Origin: Candidatus Omnitrophota bacterium
GTDB lineage: Bacteria > Omnitrophota > Gorgyraeia > Aquiviventales > Aquiviventaceae
Reading direction: 5' to 3'
DNA: 64,000 nt
Assembly (NCBI GenBank): GCA_023247255.1
Contig: JAHFGV010000010.1
Location: 2,830 to 66,829, forward strand
Made by a program: the position numbers and the translations under genes. Below, one piece after another: positions 26,729 through 36,720 of the stretch (positions are counted from its first letter, which is position 1; every line of letters begins with the position of its first letter). The notes under the pieces were generated by a model. That model searched no databases and was not told the origin of the DNA. It saw nothing but the letters and a program-made list of their open reading frames with translations.

Positions 26729-27589
26729 ATGAATATTTTTAAAACCGCCTTTTTGCTTGCCCTGCTGACTGTCTTGCTGGTTTTTATCGGGCATCTGATG
26801 GGAGGCTCCCAGGGAGCGACGACGGCGTTCGTTATCGCCTTGGTGATGAATCTGGGGGCCTATTGGTTCAGTGACAAAATGGTCCTGGCCATGTACCGGG
26901 CCAAGCCCTTGAGCGAAGCCGATGCTCCACAGGTTTTCCGTGCGGTGCGAGAGATTGCTTCGCGAAGCGGCATGCCGCTGCCTCGGTTGTACTGGATTCC
27001 GACGCGCACCCCGAATGCTTTTGCGACCGGGCGCAGTCCCAAACATGCGGCTGTTGTTGTGACGTCCGGGCTTTTAGAATTGATGAGTGAAGAAGAGCTC
27101 AAGGGAGTCCTCGCGCATGAATTGAGCCACGTGAAGAACCGAGACACCCTGGTGATGTCGATTGCGGCTGCGGTGGCGGGGGCCATTGCGATGGTGGCCC
27201 ATTGGGCCCGCTGGGGATTGATGTTTGGTGGGGCAAGTCGTGACAACGACCGTCGGGGTAGCAACGCAGCATTGCAGTTGGTCGCGTTGCTTGTGATTGC
27301 GATTTTGGCGCCACTGGCGGCGATGCTGATTCAACTGGCTATCTCCCGCACCCGAGAATTTAGTGCGGATGAAACCGGCGCGCATCTAAGTGGAAATCCC
27401 CATGGCCTTGCCAGCGCCCTGCAGAAACTGGATGCAGCGGCCCATGCCAATCCCTTGCCCAATGTCAATCCGGCTACGGCGCATCTGTTTATAGTGAATC
27501 CCCTGCGTGGGGATGCGATCGCGAAACTTTTCTCCACACATCCGCCTATCGAGGAGCGCGTGCGTCGTCTGCGCAGTATGCGGCTGTGA
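26729..27589 (+). CDS. htpX: Zinc metalloprotease HtpX (M48 family heat-shock protease)
   Basis: HELSHV (HExxH), four TM segments, N-terminus MNIFKTAFLLALLTVLLVF. Consensus promoter TTGACA-N18-TATAAT at ~26620-26660. RBS AGGAGGAG. Confidence 0.85.
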   Translation: MNIFKTAFLLALLTVLLVFIGHLMGGSQGATTAFVIALVMNLGAYWFSDKMVLAMYRAKPLSEADAPQVFRAVREIASRSGMPLPRLYWIPTRTPNAFATGRSPKHAAVVVTSGLLELMSEEELKGVLAHELSHVKNRDTLVMSIAAAVAGAIAMVAHWARWGLMFGGASRDNDRRGSNAALQLVALLVIAILAPLAAMLIQLAISRTREFSADETGAHLSGNPHGLASALQKLDAAAHANPLPNVNPATAHLFIVNPLRGDAIAKLFSTHPPIEERVRRLRSMRL

Positions 27590-27700
27590 TCGGGGCCAGG
27601 GGCGAAAGACGTGGGGCAAGGCAAGATAAAGGCTAAAGAAATTTTAATCCCCTCGCCCCGTTCCCCACACCCCTGAGTCAATAGTTGGTGCCGAGCACTC

Positions 27701-30280
27701 ATGAACATCGAGCGTTTGACGATCAAAACCCAGGAAGCCCTGCAAGAGGCGCAACAAAGGGCACAGCAGAAAGGCCACCAGCGCCTGGAGCCGGAACATT
27801 TGTTGTTGGCCCTAGTCGATCAGCAAGAGGGGCTGGTTGCAGATCTATTCCATAAAGTTGGAGTGCCGCTTGGCCATCTGCACAGGGCTTGGCAGGAGGC
27901 CCTGGAGAAATTTCCATCGGTCAGTGGCGGCGGCTCTTTCTATCTGTCTGAGCGCCTGAATCGACTCCTGGTACAGGCTGAGGAACAGGCCAAGCGTCTG
28001 GCGGATGAGTATATCTCGACGGAACATCTTTTGCTTGCCAGCTTCCAGGATGATGAGATGTCGAGTTTCTATAAGAAGCTGGGATTGAATCGCGAGAGTG
28101 TTGAGGCGGCACTGAAAGCTTTGCGGGGCGCTCATCGGGTGACCGATGCCAATCCTGAAGAGAAATATCGGGCGCTGGAGCGATTCGGGCGCGATCTGAC
28201 CGAGTTAGCGCGTCAGGAGAAACTCGATCCTGTCATCGGCCGCGATCAAGAGGTCCGACGAGTCATCCAGATATTGAGTCGCCGCACCAAGAATAACCCT
28301 GTCCTTATCGGGGAGCCTGGCGTCGGCAAGACAGCCATTGCTGAAGGGCTCGCCCAGCGTATCCTGCGCGGGGATGTGCCCGAGACTTTGAAAGACCGGC
28401 GCGTGATGGCCCTCGACATGGGGGCGTTGATTGCGGGTACAAAGTTTCGCGGAGAGTTTGAGGAGCGGCTCAAGGCTGTGCTGAAAGAGATTCAGGCTTC
28501 TGGAGGGCGGATCGTTTTATTCATCGATGAGCTCCATACCGTGGTAGGGGCGGGTGCGGCACAAGGAGCAGTGGATGCCTCCAATCTTCTGAAACCAGCC
28601 CTCGCGCGCGGGGAGCTTCACTGTATCGGTGCGACGACCCTGGATGAATATCGAAGGCACATCGAGAAAGATCCCGCTCTTGAGCGCCGCTTCGCCCCCG
28701 TTCTCGTCAACGAGCCTTCTGTGGAAGAAACCATCGCGATCCTACGCGGGCTAAAAGAGCGCTACGAAGTCCATCACGGGGTACGCATTACCGACAGCGC
28801 CATCATCGCTGCGGCCAAGCTTTCGAGTCGCTACATTGCGGATCGGTTCCTGCCGGATAAAGCCATCGATTTGATAGATGAGGCAGCGGCTCGACTGCGC
28901 ATGGAAATCGATAGCATGCCTTCGGAGATCGATGCCATCCACCGACGGATTATCCAGTTGGAAGTCGAGCGCGAGGCCCTCAAGAAAGAAACCGATCCCG
29001 AGGCTCAGGCGCGACGCGCTAAACTGCAAGACGAGTTAGAGTCTTTGACGAAAGAACGCGCCAAACTCCAGCAGCACTGGCAGAAGGAGAAAGAATGCAT
29101 CAACGCCGTTGGTGAGGTGAAGGAGAAGCTCGAGCAACTGCGCTTGGAGTCTGAACGCGAGGAGCACTTGGGCAACCTCGGCCGAGTGGCCGAGCTGCGC
29201 TACGGGATGATTCCCGGATTGCAGAAACAGTTGGAGGAAAATTCTAGGCGGCTTTCCGAATTGCAGCGCCAGACCAAGATGCTCAAGGAAGAAGTTTCCG
29301 AAGAGGACATCGCCGAGGTAATTTCCCATTGGACAAATATTCCAGTGAGTCGTCTGTTAGAAGCCGAGCGCGAGAAACTCGTTCACATGGAAGAACGTCT
29401 CAAGAGCCGCGTGGTTGGTCAGGATGAAGCGGTAGCGGTTGTCTCCAACGCCATTCGACGGGCGAGGGCAAACTTGGCTGATCCCAATCGACCCTTGGGC
29501 TGTTTTTTCTTCCTCGGACCGACCGGTATGGGCAAGACGGAGCTGGCCAAGGCGCTAGCTGCATTTCTCTTCGATGATGAGAATGCCTTGATCCGCGTCG
29601 ATATGTCGGAATACATGGAACGTCATACGGTGGCGCGTCTGATCGGAGCGCCCCCGGGTTATGTGGGCTATGAGGAAGGCGGGCAGCTTACCGAAGCGGT
29701 CAGACGCAAGCCTTACTGCGTTATTCTGTTTGACGAAGTGGAAAAGGCGCACTCCGATGTGCTGGATATTCTGCTCCAGCTGCTGGACGATGGCCGGTTG
29801 ACGGATGGCCAGGGACGGGTGGTGAATTTCAAGAACACGGTCATGATTATGACCTCGAACGTAGGCAACGAGTTTTTCACGAGCCACGAGCCACGAGCCA
29901 CGAGTCACGAAAAGGATCAGATTCTGGAGTTTTTGCGCAGACAATTTCGCCCCGAGTTTCTCAACCGGATCGATGACATTGTGGTTTTCAACCGGCTGAC
30001 TCCAAAAGACCTGGGTCGTATTGTGGAAATCCAACTGAGCCGTTCGCAGCAGCGACTCACCGACCGTCAGATTCATCTGGTTCTGACGGATCGCGCCAAA
30101 TCCTTCTTGGCCGAGCAAGGCTACGATCCGGTCTATGGCGCCAGGCTCCTGCGACGTGCGGTTCAGAAATACTTGATGGATCCCCTCGCGATGCGGTTAC
30201 TCGATGGCAGCTTGAAATCCGGCCAGACCGTAACCGTGGACACTAACGGCGCCTCGGAGCTATCTTTCAAAGGATTGTGA
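27701..30280 (+). CDS. clpB: ATP-dependent chaperone ClpB
   Basis: Two AAA+ modules (Walker A GEPGVGKT and GPTGMGKT), long coiled-coil middle domain, 859 aa. Contains a heptanucleotide repeat (GAGCCAC)x3 at 29881-29901. Confidence 0.9.
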   Translation: MNIERLTIKTQEALQEAQQRAQQKGHQRLEPEHLLLALVDQQEGLVADLFHKVGVPLGHLHRAWQEALEKFPSVSGGGSFYLSERLNRLLVQAEEQAKRLADEYISTEHLLLASFQDDEMSSFYKKLGLNRESVEAALKALRGAHRVTDANPEEKYRALERFGRDLTELARQEKLDPVIGRDQEVRRVIQILSRRTKNNPVLIGEPGVGKTAIAEGLAQRILRGDVPETLKDRRVMALDMGALIAGTKFRGEFEERLKAVLKEIQASGGRIVLFIDELHTVVGAGAAQGAVDASNLLKPALARGELHCIGATTLDEYRRHIEKDPALERRFAPVLVNEPSVEETIAILRGLKERYEVHHGVRITDSAIIAAAKLSSRYIADRFLPDKAIDLIDEAAARLRMEIDSMPSEIDAIHRRIIQLEVEREALKKETDPEAQARRAKLQDELESLTKERAKLQQHWQKEKECINAVGEVKEKLEQLRLESEREEHLGNLGRVAELRYGMIPGLQKQLEENSRRLSELQRQTKMLKEEVSEEDIAEVISHWTNIPVSRLLEAEREKLVHMEERLKSRVVGQDEAVAVVSNAIRRARANLADPNRPLGCFFFLGPTGMGKTELAKALAAFLFDDENALIRVDMSEYMERHTVARLIGAPPGYVGYEEGGQLTEAVRRKPYCVILFDEVEKAHSDVLDILLQLLDDGRLTDGQGRVVNFKNTVMIMTSNVGNEFFTSHEPRATSHEKDQILEFLRRQFRPEFLNRIDDIVVFNRLTPKDLGRIVEIQLSRSQQRLTDRQIHLVLTDRAKSFLAEQGYDPVYGARLLRRAVQKYLMDPLAMRLLDGSLKSGQTVTVDTNGASELSFKGL

Positions 30281-30371
30281 CGTTTCGTTGCCCGTGGTTC
30301 GTGGGCAGTCGCTTGTGAATCGCAAACAACTTTCCTAAACGAACCACTCACCCATCCTTGCCCGGTGACTT

Positions 30372-30423
30372 CATCCACAAAATATGGGATTTTCTTCGAC
30401 GGTATCCACAAGTTCTTGTGGAT
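30372..30423 (+). promoter_or_regulatory. Two candidate NrdR boxes (ATCCACAAAATATGGGAT and ATCCACAAGTTCTTGTGGAT) ~32 bp centre-to-centre, upstream of a TTGACA-N17-TAAAGT promoter for nrdJ
   Basis: ACAA...TTGT palindromes resembling the NrdR box consensus acaCwAtATaTwGtgt. The tandem spacing is typical of NrdR operators. Confidence 0.45.
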
Positions 30424-30545
30424 TTTTTATTTTGGGGCTTGACAAGAAATTATCCTGTGCTAAAGTTTAGCTGGTTCTACCTACAAGCCATTGTGGATTA
30501 TCTGAGAAGCACACCAACATCTTGGGTTTTTAAGGAGGAAGGGGC

Positions 30546-33500
30546 ATGCCGCAGGAGGTCAGGACGGTTGGCAAGAGCTCGGTAGGTTCTGGAGGGGCTG
30601 TGATCCTGAAAGACACGCTCAGGTTGGCATCAGAAAAGGGATCGGATTCTAGTCCCCAAAAAGGATTGACCGTTCCCAGACGCTGGACGCGCTCGACCGT
30701 CCATCCTTATGATGAAGTCACCTGGGAGCTTCGAGTTGCCTCCATCACGAATGAGAAAGGCGAGGTGGTGTTTGAACAATCCGATGTCGAGGTCCCCTCA
30801 TTCTGGTCTCAGCTGGCGACTAATGTCGTGGTATCCAAATACTTTCGCGGCCAATTGGGGACCGCCCAGCGGGAGCGCAGCGTCAAGCAACTCATCGGAC
30901 GGGTGTCCCAAACGATTGCCCGGTGGGGGCTCAAGGACGGATACTTCGCCGGCTCTGAAGACGCCGAGGCTTTTGAAGATGAGCTGACCTATCTTTTATT
31001 ACACCAGTATACCGCTTTCAACTCTCCCGTGTGGTTCAACGTCGGTGTGGAAAAAGACCGTTCCCCTCAATGCAGCGCGTGCTTCATCCTCTCGGTCGAG
31101 GACCATATGGAGTCTATCCTCGAATGGTACCGCAATGAGGGGATGATTTTCAAATACGGCTCCGGGGCCGGGCTCAACGTTTCTCCCATTCGCTCGTCTC
31201 GTGAGCGCCTCGGGGGTGGGGGCATACCCTCAGGCCCTGTCTCTTTCATGCGGGCAGCCGATGCCTCAGCCGGGGTGATCAAATCCGGTGGAAAAACCAG
31301 GCGCGCGGCAAAGATGGTAGTCCTCAACGCCGATCATCCGGACATCCAGACATTCATTCTCTGCAAATGGAAGGAAGAGGAAAAGGCGCACAAGCTGATC
31401 GATCTGGGCTATGACGCTTCCATCGATGGGGAGGCCTATACCTCGGTGTTCTTCCAGAATGCCAACAATTCGGTGCGCGTCACGGATGAGCTTATGCGTC
31501 GGGCGCTGGCCGATGAGGACTGGGAGCTTAAGGCGGTGACGAGTGGCGAGATCATCGAGCGCGTGAAGGCGAAAGATCTTTTACGGCTCATTGCTGAGGC
31601 GACCTGGCACTGCGGCGATCCGGGCATGCAGTTTGACACGACCATCAACGACTGGCACACCTGCCCGAACACCGGCCGGATCAATGCCAGTAATCCGTGT
31701 TTTGCAGGGGATGCCCTTGTCTATACAAACAAGGGCTTAATTCCATTCAAAGAGCTGCATGAACGTGTCCAATTAGACGAAACCTTCCAGGTCTTCACGC
31801 ACGATGCCACTCACCCCGAGCGGCCAGCTACGACCATCAGCGCCACAAAGCCCATTCGTGTGATGTGCACGGGGACCAACGACGTCTACCAGCTTCGGTT
31901 TTCAAACGGAGTCGAAGTCAAGGCGACCACCAATCACCGCTTCTTCACGAAGAACCGCGGGATGGTCGCGGCAGAAGAGTTGCAGCCAGCAGACGAGGTG
32001 ATGTTGCTCGATCAATCCGTCGAACTCCTGTCCGCCTCGCTGGAGATTGATCTTGACGATGCGGCAATCTTCGCCAGCGGCTGGGGGGGTCGCGACACCA
32101 AAGACTACCAGTCTGTTCAACTGCCTCGGGTATGGGTGACGCCACTTGCGGAGTACCTGGGCTATCTTGTGGGTGATGGCAATGTAAGCGAGGCCAGCGA
32201 TGCGGAACATCGCCTGAGCAGCGTGTCAGTCGTGTTCGGGAAAGCTGCGGAAGCAGACGAGTTGCTGCCGCGTTTTGAGTCGCTGTTCGCTGACATGAGC
32301 GTCACGCACACGCAGACGGTCACAATGCCCAACGGTACCGTCCAATTTCGAGTCAATCGCACGCCGGTGGCGCGGTTCTTGAAACAACTGGGTGTGCAGG
32401 AGTGTGAGGCTCATGAAAAACGGGTTCCACACACAATCTTTCAGACTCCCGCGCACATCATCGCCGCGTTTCTGCGCGGACTCTTTACTGCGGATGGATG
32501 CGTGTATGAGGGTAAGACCAGTCGCTATGTCGGGCTCGCCAGTTCATCACAAGAGCTCCTTCGCCAGGTCCAACAACTCCTATTCACTTTCGGTATCCAG
32601 AGCCGAATCTACGCCACACGAGGCAGGCACGAATGCTTTCCTTATCAGAGAAAAGACGGCGAACGAGTCCTCTCTACCGGCCGCCAGTTGTATGATTTAA
32701 GGATCGCCGGTACCGCGATCGCTCGGTTCAAGGAACACGTCGGATTTCTGACGACTGAAAAACAGGCAAGACTCAATCGAGTCATCGGAGGGTACCCCTT
32801 TCGAGAGCCAAGAGATAGTACTCGCTTGGTGGCTAGGGAGCTTCTTGGCGAAGAATTGACTTATAACCTCACCGAGCCCAAGAATCACAGCTATGTTGTG
32901 AATGGGTGTATCGTTGCTAACTGTAGTGAATACATGCACTTAGATAACTCGGCGTGTAACCTCGCAAGCATCAACCTGCTGAAATTCATCGATGACGAAG
33001 GGAATTTCCTGATCGAGCCGTTCAAGCACGCCGTGCGCGTCATGACCATCGCCCAGGACATCATCGTTGATAATTCCTCGTATCCGACGGAGAAAATCAC
33101 GCGCAATGCCAAGGACTACCGGGAACTCGGCTTGGGCTACGCAAACCTGGGCGCTTTGTTGATGGCTCAAGGGCTTGCGTATGATTCTGAGGAAGGGCGT
33201 GCCTGGGCCGGGGCGATTACAGCGCTTTTGTGCGGCCATGCCTATGAGGTTTCCGGAGAGATCGCCCAGCGACTGGGGCCCTATGCCGGTTTTTCGAAAA
33301 ACCGCGAACCGCAACTGCACGTCCTACGCAAACATCGCGCTCAAGTGGATAAGATCAACCCACGCCTGGTTCCCCAGCCGCTCTTGCAGGCTGCCACGCG
33401 CGTCTGGGATGAGACGATCCGCCTGGGTGAGCAGAATGGCGTGCGCAACTCTCAGGTCACGGTACTCGCTCCTACCGGGACGATCGCGTTTCTTATGGAT

Positions 33501-34601
33501 TGTGACACGACCGGGGTTGAACCCGACATCGCTCTCGTTAAATATAAACGGCTCGTCGGTGGGGGGATGCTCAAGATCGTCAACCAAACCGTTCCACGGG
33601 CGCTTAAAAAACTGGGATACGCGCCGCAGGAAGTGGAGGCCATTGTCCGTCACATCGATGAGAAAGAAACGATTGAAGGGGCTGCGGGTCTTAAGCCGGA
33701 GCATCTGAGGAATTTTGACTGCGCTTTTCGTCCGGTGAACGGGACGCGGTCCATCCATTACATGGGGCACATTCGAATGATGGCTGCTGCCCAGCCTTTC
33801 ATCAGCGGGGCGATCTCCAAAACCGTCAACCTCCCCCAAGAAGCAACGGTTGAGGATATCTGCCAGGCCTACATCGAAGCCTGGCGTTTGGGCCTTAAGG
33901 CGATCGCTATTTACCGCGACGGCTCCAAACGCGTGCAGCCGCTCTCAACCGCTAAGACCGACAAATCGAAAGCGGCCGATTCGGCTAAAACCCCCACAGG
34001 GGTTCCTTATCGTCGCAGACTTTCCGATGAGAGACAGTCGATCACCCACAAGTTTTCCATCGGGGGTCATGAAGGTTACTTGACGGTGGGTCTGTTCGAA
34101 GACGGTACACCTGGGGAAATCTTCATCGTCATGTCGAAGGAAGGATCCACCCTTTCCGGCGTGATGGACTGTCTTGCCACGACGGTTTCATTGGCTCTTC
34201 AATATGGCGTGCCGCTTCAAGTTTTAGTCACCAAATTCAGCCATGTTCGTTTTGAGCCCTCAGGGGTGACGAATAACAGAGACATTCGATTTGCCAAATC
34301 GGTCATCGACTATATCTTCCGGTGGATGGCGCTGAAGTTTCTTCCGGAGGAACAGGCGCAACCATTCAAGGTGAGTCACGTTCCTGGTTCACAGCCTGGG
34401 AGTGGCTCTGCATCCGCTCAATCCGCACAGGCAGCTTCGCCCGCAGGAAGCAACTATCCCAACCCGATGGAGCATCAAGAACGCCTGACCTTCGTCGCTC
34501 AAGCGGACGCCCCCGTTTGTTCTGACTGCGGCTCGCTGATGGTCAGAAACGGCAACTGCTACAAGTGCCTGAATTGCGGGAGTACATCGGGATGTTCGTG
34601 A
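30546..34601 (+). CDS. nrdJ: Adenosylcobalamin-dependent (class II) ribonucleotide reductase NrdJ, interrupted in-frame by a 408-aa intein
   Basis: Class II RNR motifs, C-terminal zinc ribbon (CSDCGSLMVRNGNCYKCLNCG), extein junction NASNP|CSEY reconstituting the NPC(G/S)E active-site motif. The intein runs from codon 385 to 792. Confidence 0.85.
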   Translation: MPQEVRTVGKSSVGSGGAVILKDTLRLASEKGSDSSPQKGLTVPRRWTRSTVHPYDEVTWELRVASITNEKGEVVFEQSDVEVPSFWSQLATNVVVSKYFRGQLGTAQRERSVKQLIGRVSQTIARWGLKDGYFAGSEDAEAFEDELTYLLLHQYTAFNSPVWFNVGVEKDRSPQCSACFILSVEDHMESILEWYRNEGMIFKYGSGAGLNVSPIRSSRERLGGGGIPSGPVSFMRAADASAGVIKSGGKTRRAAKMVVLNADHPDIQTFILCKWKEEEKAHKLIDLGYDASIDGEAYTSVFFQNANNSVRVTDELMRRALADEDWELKAVTSGEIIERVKAKDLLRLIAEATWHCGDPGMQFDTTINDWHTCPNTGRINASNPCFAGDALVYTNKGLIPFKELHERVQLDETFQVFTHDATHPERPATTISATKPIRVMCTGTNDVYQLRFSNGVEVKATTNHRFFTKNRGMVAAEELQPADEVMLLDQSVELLSASLEIDLDDAAIFASGWGGRDTKDYQSVQLPRVWVTPLAEYLGYLVGDGNVSEASDAEHRLSSVSVVFGKAAEADELLPRFESLFADMSVTHTQTVTMPNGTVQFRVNRTPVARFLKQLGVQECEAHEKRVPHTIFQTPAHIIAAFLRGLFTADGCVYEGKTSRYVGLASSSQELLRQVQQLLFTFGIQSRIYATRGRHECFPYQRKDGERVLSTGRQLYDLRIAGTAIARFKEHVGFLTTEKQARLNRVIGGYPFREPRDSTRLVARELLGEELTYNLTEPKNHSYVVNGCIVANCSEYMHLDNSACNLASINLLKFIDDEGNFLIEPFKHAVRVMTIAQDIIVDNSSYPTEKITRNAKDYRELGLGYANLGALLMAQGLAYDSEEGRAWAGAITALLCGHAYEVSGEIAQRLGPYAGFSKNREPQLHVLRKHRAQVDKINPRLVPQPLLQAATRVWDETIRLGEQNGVRNSQVTVLAPTGTIAFLMDCDTTGVEPDIALVKYKRLVGGGMLKIVNQTVPRALKKLGYAPQEVEAIVRHIDEKETIEGAAGLKPEHLRNFDCAFRPVNGTRSIHYMGHIRMMAAAQPFISGAISKTVNLPQEATVEDICQAYIEAWRLGLKAIAIYRDGSKRVQPLSTAKTDKSKAADSAKTPTGVPYRRRLSDERQSITHKFSIGGHEGYLTVGLFEDGTPGEIFIVMSKEGSTLSGVMDCLATTVSLALQYGVPLQVLVTKFSHVRFEPSGVTNNRDIRFAKSVIDYIFRWMALKFLPEEQAQPFKVSHVPGSQPGSGSASAQSAQAASPAGSNYPNPMEHQERLTFVAQADAPVCSDCGSLMVRNGNCYKCLNCGSTSGCS
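31698..32921 (+). other. Intein (Hint domain with LAGLIDADG homing-endonuclease core) inserted at the catalytic Cys of NrdJ
   Basis: N-terminal splice junction CFAGDALVYT (Cys1). Two LAGLIDADG-like motifs, LGYLVGDGNV and AAFLRGLFTADGCV. C-terminal junction ...VVNGCIVAN|CSEY. Confidence 0.75.
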
Positions 34602-34604
34602 GCA

Positions 34605-34643
34605 GTGAATTCTCCGCACCCCTCTGGGGTGCGGAGAATTCAC
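34605..34643 (+). terminator. Perfect 18-bp inverted repeat hairpin (GTGAATTCTCCGCACCCC-tct-GGGGTGCGGAGAATTCAC) immediately after the nrdJ stop
   Basis: Read directly. Strong stem but no T-run, so probably a terminator or RNA-stabilising hairpin. Confidence 0.55.
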
Positions 34644-34673
34644 TTGCGCGCTCTGTCGGTGTGATGAGTAAAA

Positions 34674-35453
34674 ATGAAGCTCGACCTCGTGGAAAGTCTC
34701 GGCTCGCGCTACGACAGCCCACAGCAGATTGCACGAGTTGTGACCGAAGACTGGGCAGCTCGGAATCTCTACTGCGTGGCTTGCCCCTGCGACTTTCTCA
34801 CTCGATTACTAGCAAACACGCGGGCAGTTGATCTATTTTGCCCCCAATGTAAGCAGGTATTTCAATTGAAGAGCAGTCGAAACTGGAACCAGACTAAGAT
34901 AGTCGATGCTGCCTACGCGTCCATGATATCTGCTGTGCGAAGTAGTAACGTTCCTAATCTAGTGGTCATGCAGTATACGAACTTTTGGAAAGTCAGGAAT
35001 GCCCTTCTTGTTTCTTCGTTCTTTTTCACAGAAACCGTTATCGAGAAGCGCAAACCGCTCAGCTCAGTTGCCCAACGAGCAGGGTGGGTTGGTTGCAACA
35101 TCTTGCTTAAACAGATACCGGCTGATGGGAAATTGCGGCTCATCGCGGATGGAGTGGTTACCCCGACCCATCGGATTCGAAGCCAATTTAATCAGATCCG
35201 TCCTCTTTCAAGCTTGGCAGTAGGTCTCAGAGGGTGGACGCTCGATGTGCTTAATACTATCCGGCAGATTCAGAAGACAGAGTTTGCGCTTTCGGAAGTC
35301 TACTCCTTTGAAACGCAACTCGCCGCGGCCCATCCTGGTAACCGCAATGTCCGTGAGAAGATTCGTCAGCAACTCCAACGGTTACGCGATCTTGGGTTCT
35401 TGCAATTTGTCTCACCAGGACGTTACCGTGCGTCAATGAACGCGGATGGGTAG
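34674..35453 (+). CDS. DpnI-like (Dam-replacing family) methylation-dependent type IIM restriction endonuclease
   Basis: Blocks matching DpnI as recalled from memory: VVTEDWAARNLYC (ILTEDWVYRQSYC), AQRAGWVGCNI (ARRAGWIGCNI), REKIRQQLQRLRD (KEKIRQQLQILRD), GRYR (GKYR). Similar length (259 aa). CxxC pairs in the N-terminal domain. Confidence 0.6.
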   Translation: MKLDLVESLGSRYDSPQQIARVVTEDWAARNLYCVACPCDFLTRLLANTRAVDLFCPQCKQVFQLKSSRNWNQTKIVDAAYASMISAVRSSNVPNLVVMQYTNFWKVRNALLVSSFFFTETVIEKRKPLSSVAQRAGWVGCNILLKQIPADGKLRLIADGVVTPTHRIRSQFNQIRPLSSLAVGLRGWTLDVLNTIRQIQKTEFALSEVYSFETQLAAAHPGNRNVREKIRQQLQRLRDLGFLQFVSPGRYRASMNADG

Positions 35454-35697
35454 GATAATGTGCAAAACGAAAGTGGTTATCAGTGCGTCGGGAGGGGTCG
35501 TTAATGCAGTTTGTTCGGACAATCCAGACCTTGAAGTCTACCTGGTGGACTTCGATGATCTGGAGGAGGAGCCAAAGGCGGATCGCAGCGCGTGGCCATA
35601 CCCCGTTGATTCTCTGGACGATTTTCGCTTGGCGGTCAAAGAGGATGTCCATCGCTATCCTGGGCTGAAAAAAGTTCTCGCGCGGCTCGATAAATAG
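35446..35697 (+). CDS. Small hypothetical protein
   Basis: 83-aa ORF with plausible GGA spacing upstream. No recognisable motif. Confidence 0.25.
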   Translation: MGRIMCKTKVVISASGGVVNAVCSDNPDLEVYLVDFDDLEEEPKADRSAWPYPVDSLDDFRLAVKEDVHRYPGLKKVLARLDK

Positions 35698-35783
35698 TGC
35701 GCCTGATGAACCAACGAGCCAAATTTCGAGTCTCCTATCTCATGTCTGTTCTGAATTCTGAAGCCTGAACAAGGAGGTGCGCG

Positions 35784-36026
35784 ATGGGTTGGATGCTCAA
35801 TCCGGAGCTATCGAAGAAGTGCAGGGAATTCCTTATCACCCGTTGGGGAAAGGATGTGCTGAGTATCGTCAAGGAGCGTCCAGTGACTTGGACGCGCTAT
35901 TCAGCCAATCCGCAGTTACGGCTGCTGCGTCGCAAGCAAAAGGGCATTCCCCTGATCAGCGTCCGTAGCAGCCCCAACCGCATTCAGTTGGTTTTGTCTA
36001 CCGAACGCATCCAAAGCCAGCAATGA
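35784..36026 (+). CDS. Small hypothetical protein
   Basis: 80-aa ORF preceded by AAGGAGG. Ends 4 bp into dcd. Confidence 0.3.
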   Translation: MGWMLNPELSKKCREFLITRWGKDVLSIVKERPVTWTRYSANPQLRLLRRKQKGIPLISVRSSPNRIQLVLSTERIQSQQ

Positions 36027-36634
36027 TTGAAACGCAAGGACGCACGGACCCTGAGCTTGTGCAAACGGCCAAATCATCGGGTCGGATCCTCGTCGATTGG
36101 GAAATCCGGGAGTATGTCAAGAAATACCGGATGCTGGATCCCTTTGAAGAGAGTCTGGTTCGCGAGGGGGTGATTTCCTACGGCCTTTCTTCAATGGGCT
36201 ATGACATCCGCGTGACGGATGAGTTTAAGGTCTTTACTAACGTCAAGCAGGCGGTTGTTGATCCCAAGCAATTCAACCGGGACTCTTTTGTCGACATGAA
36301 AGGCCCGACTTGCGTCATCCCTCCGAATTCCTTTGCCCTGGCCCGTTCCATCGAGTACTTCCGCATGCCGCGAGCCGTAATGGGCATTTGTCTGGGCAAG
36401 TCGAGCTATGCCCGGTGTGGCATTGTGGTAAACATCACACCCCTTGAGCCGGAATGGGATGGCCACCTGACGATAGAAATCTCAAACACGACGCCTCTGC
36501 CGGCGCGGATTTACTCGCACGAGGGCATCGCCCAGGTGTTGTTCTTTGAGGCGGGTTCATTGCCAGAAGTCTCCTACGCGGATCGCAGAGGCAAGTACCA
36601 GGGTCAGCAGGGAATCACCCTTCCCAAAGTATGA
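36023..36634 (+). CDS. dcd: dCTP deaminase
   Basis: Dcd/dUTPase-fold motifs ([20 protein letters not shown]), 203 aa. Confidence 0.8.
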   Translation: MIETQGRTDPELVQTAKSSGRILVDWEIREYVKKYRMLDPFEESLVREGVISYGLSSMGYDIRVTDEFKVFTNVKQAVVDPKQFNRDSFVDMKGPTCVIPPNSFALARSIEYFRMPRAVMGICLGKSSYARCGIVVNITPLEPEWDGHLTIEISNTTPLPARIYSHEGIAQVLFFEAGSLPEVSYADRRGKYQGQQGITLPKV

Positions 36635-36720
36635 GTAAGACCAGTGGAATTTTCGATTGTCGATTTTTGATTGTCGATGGGGATGGTGGATTTATCTAAT
36701 CGGCAATCGACCCACCATGC

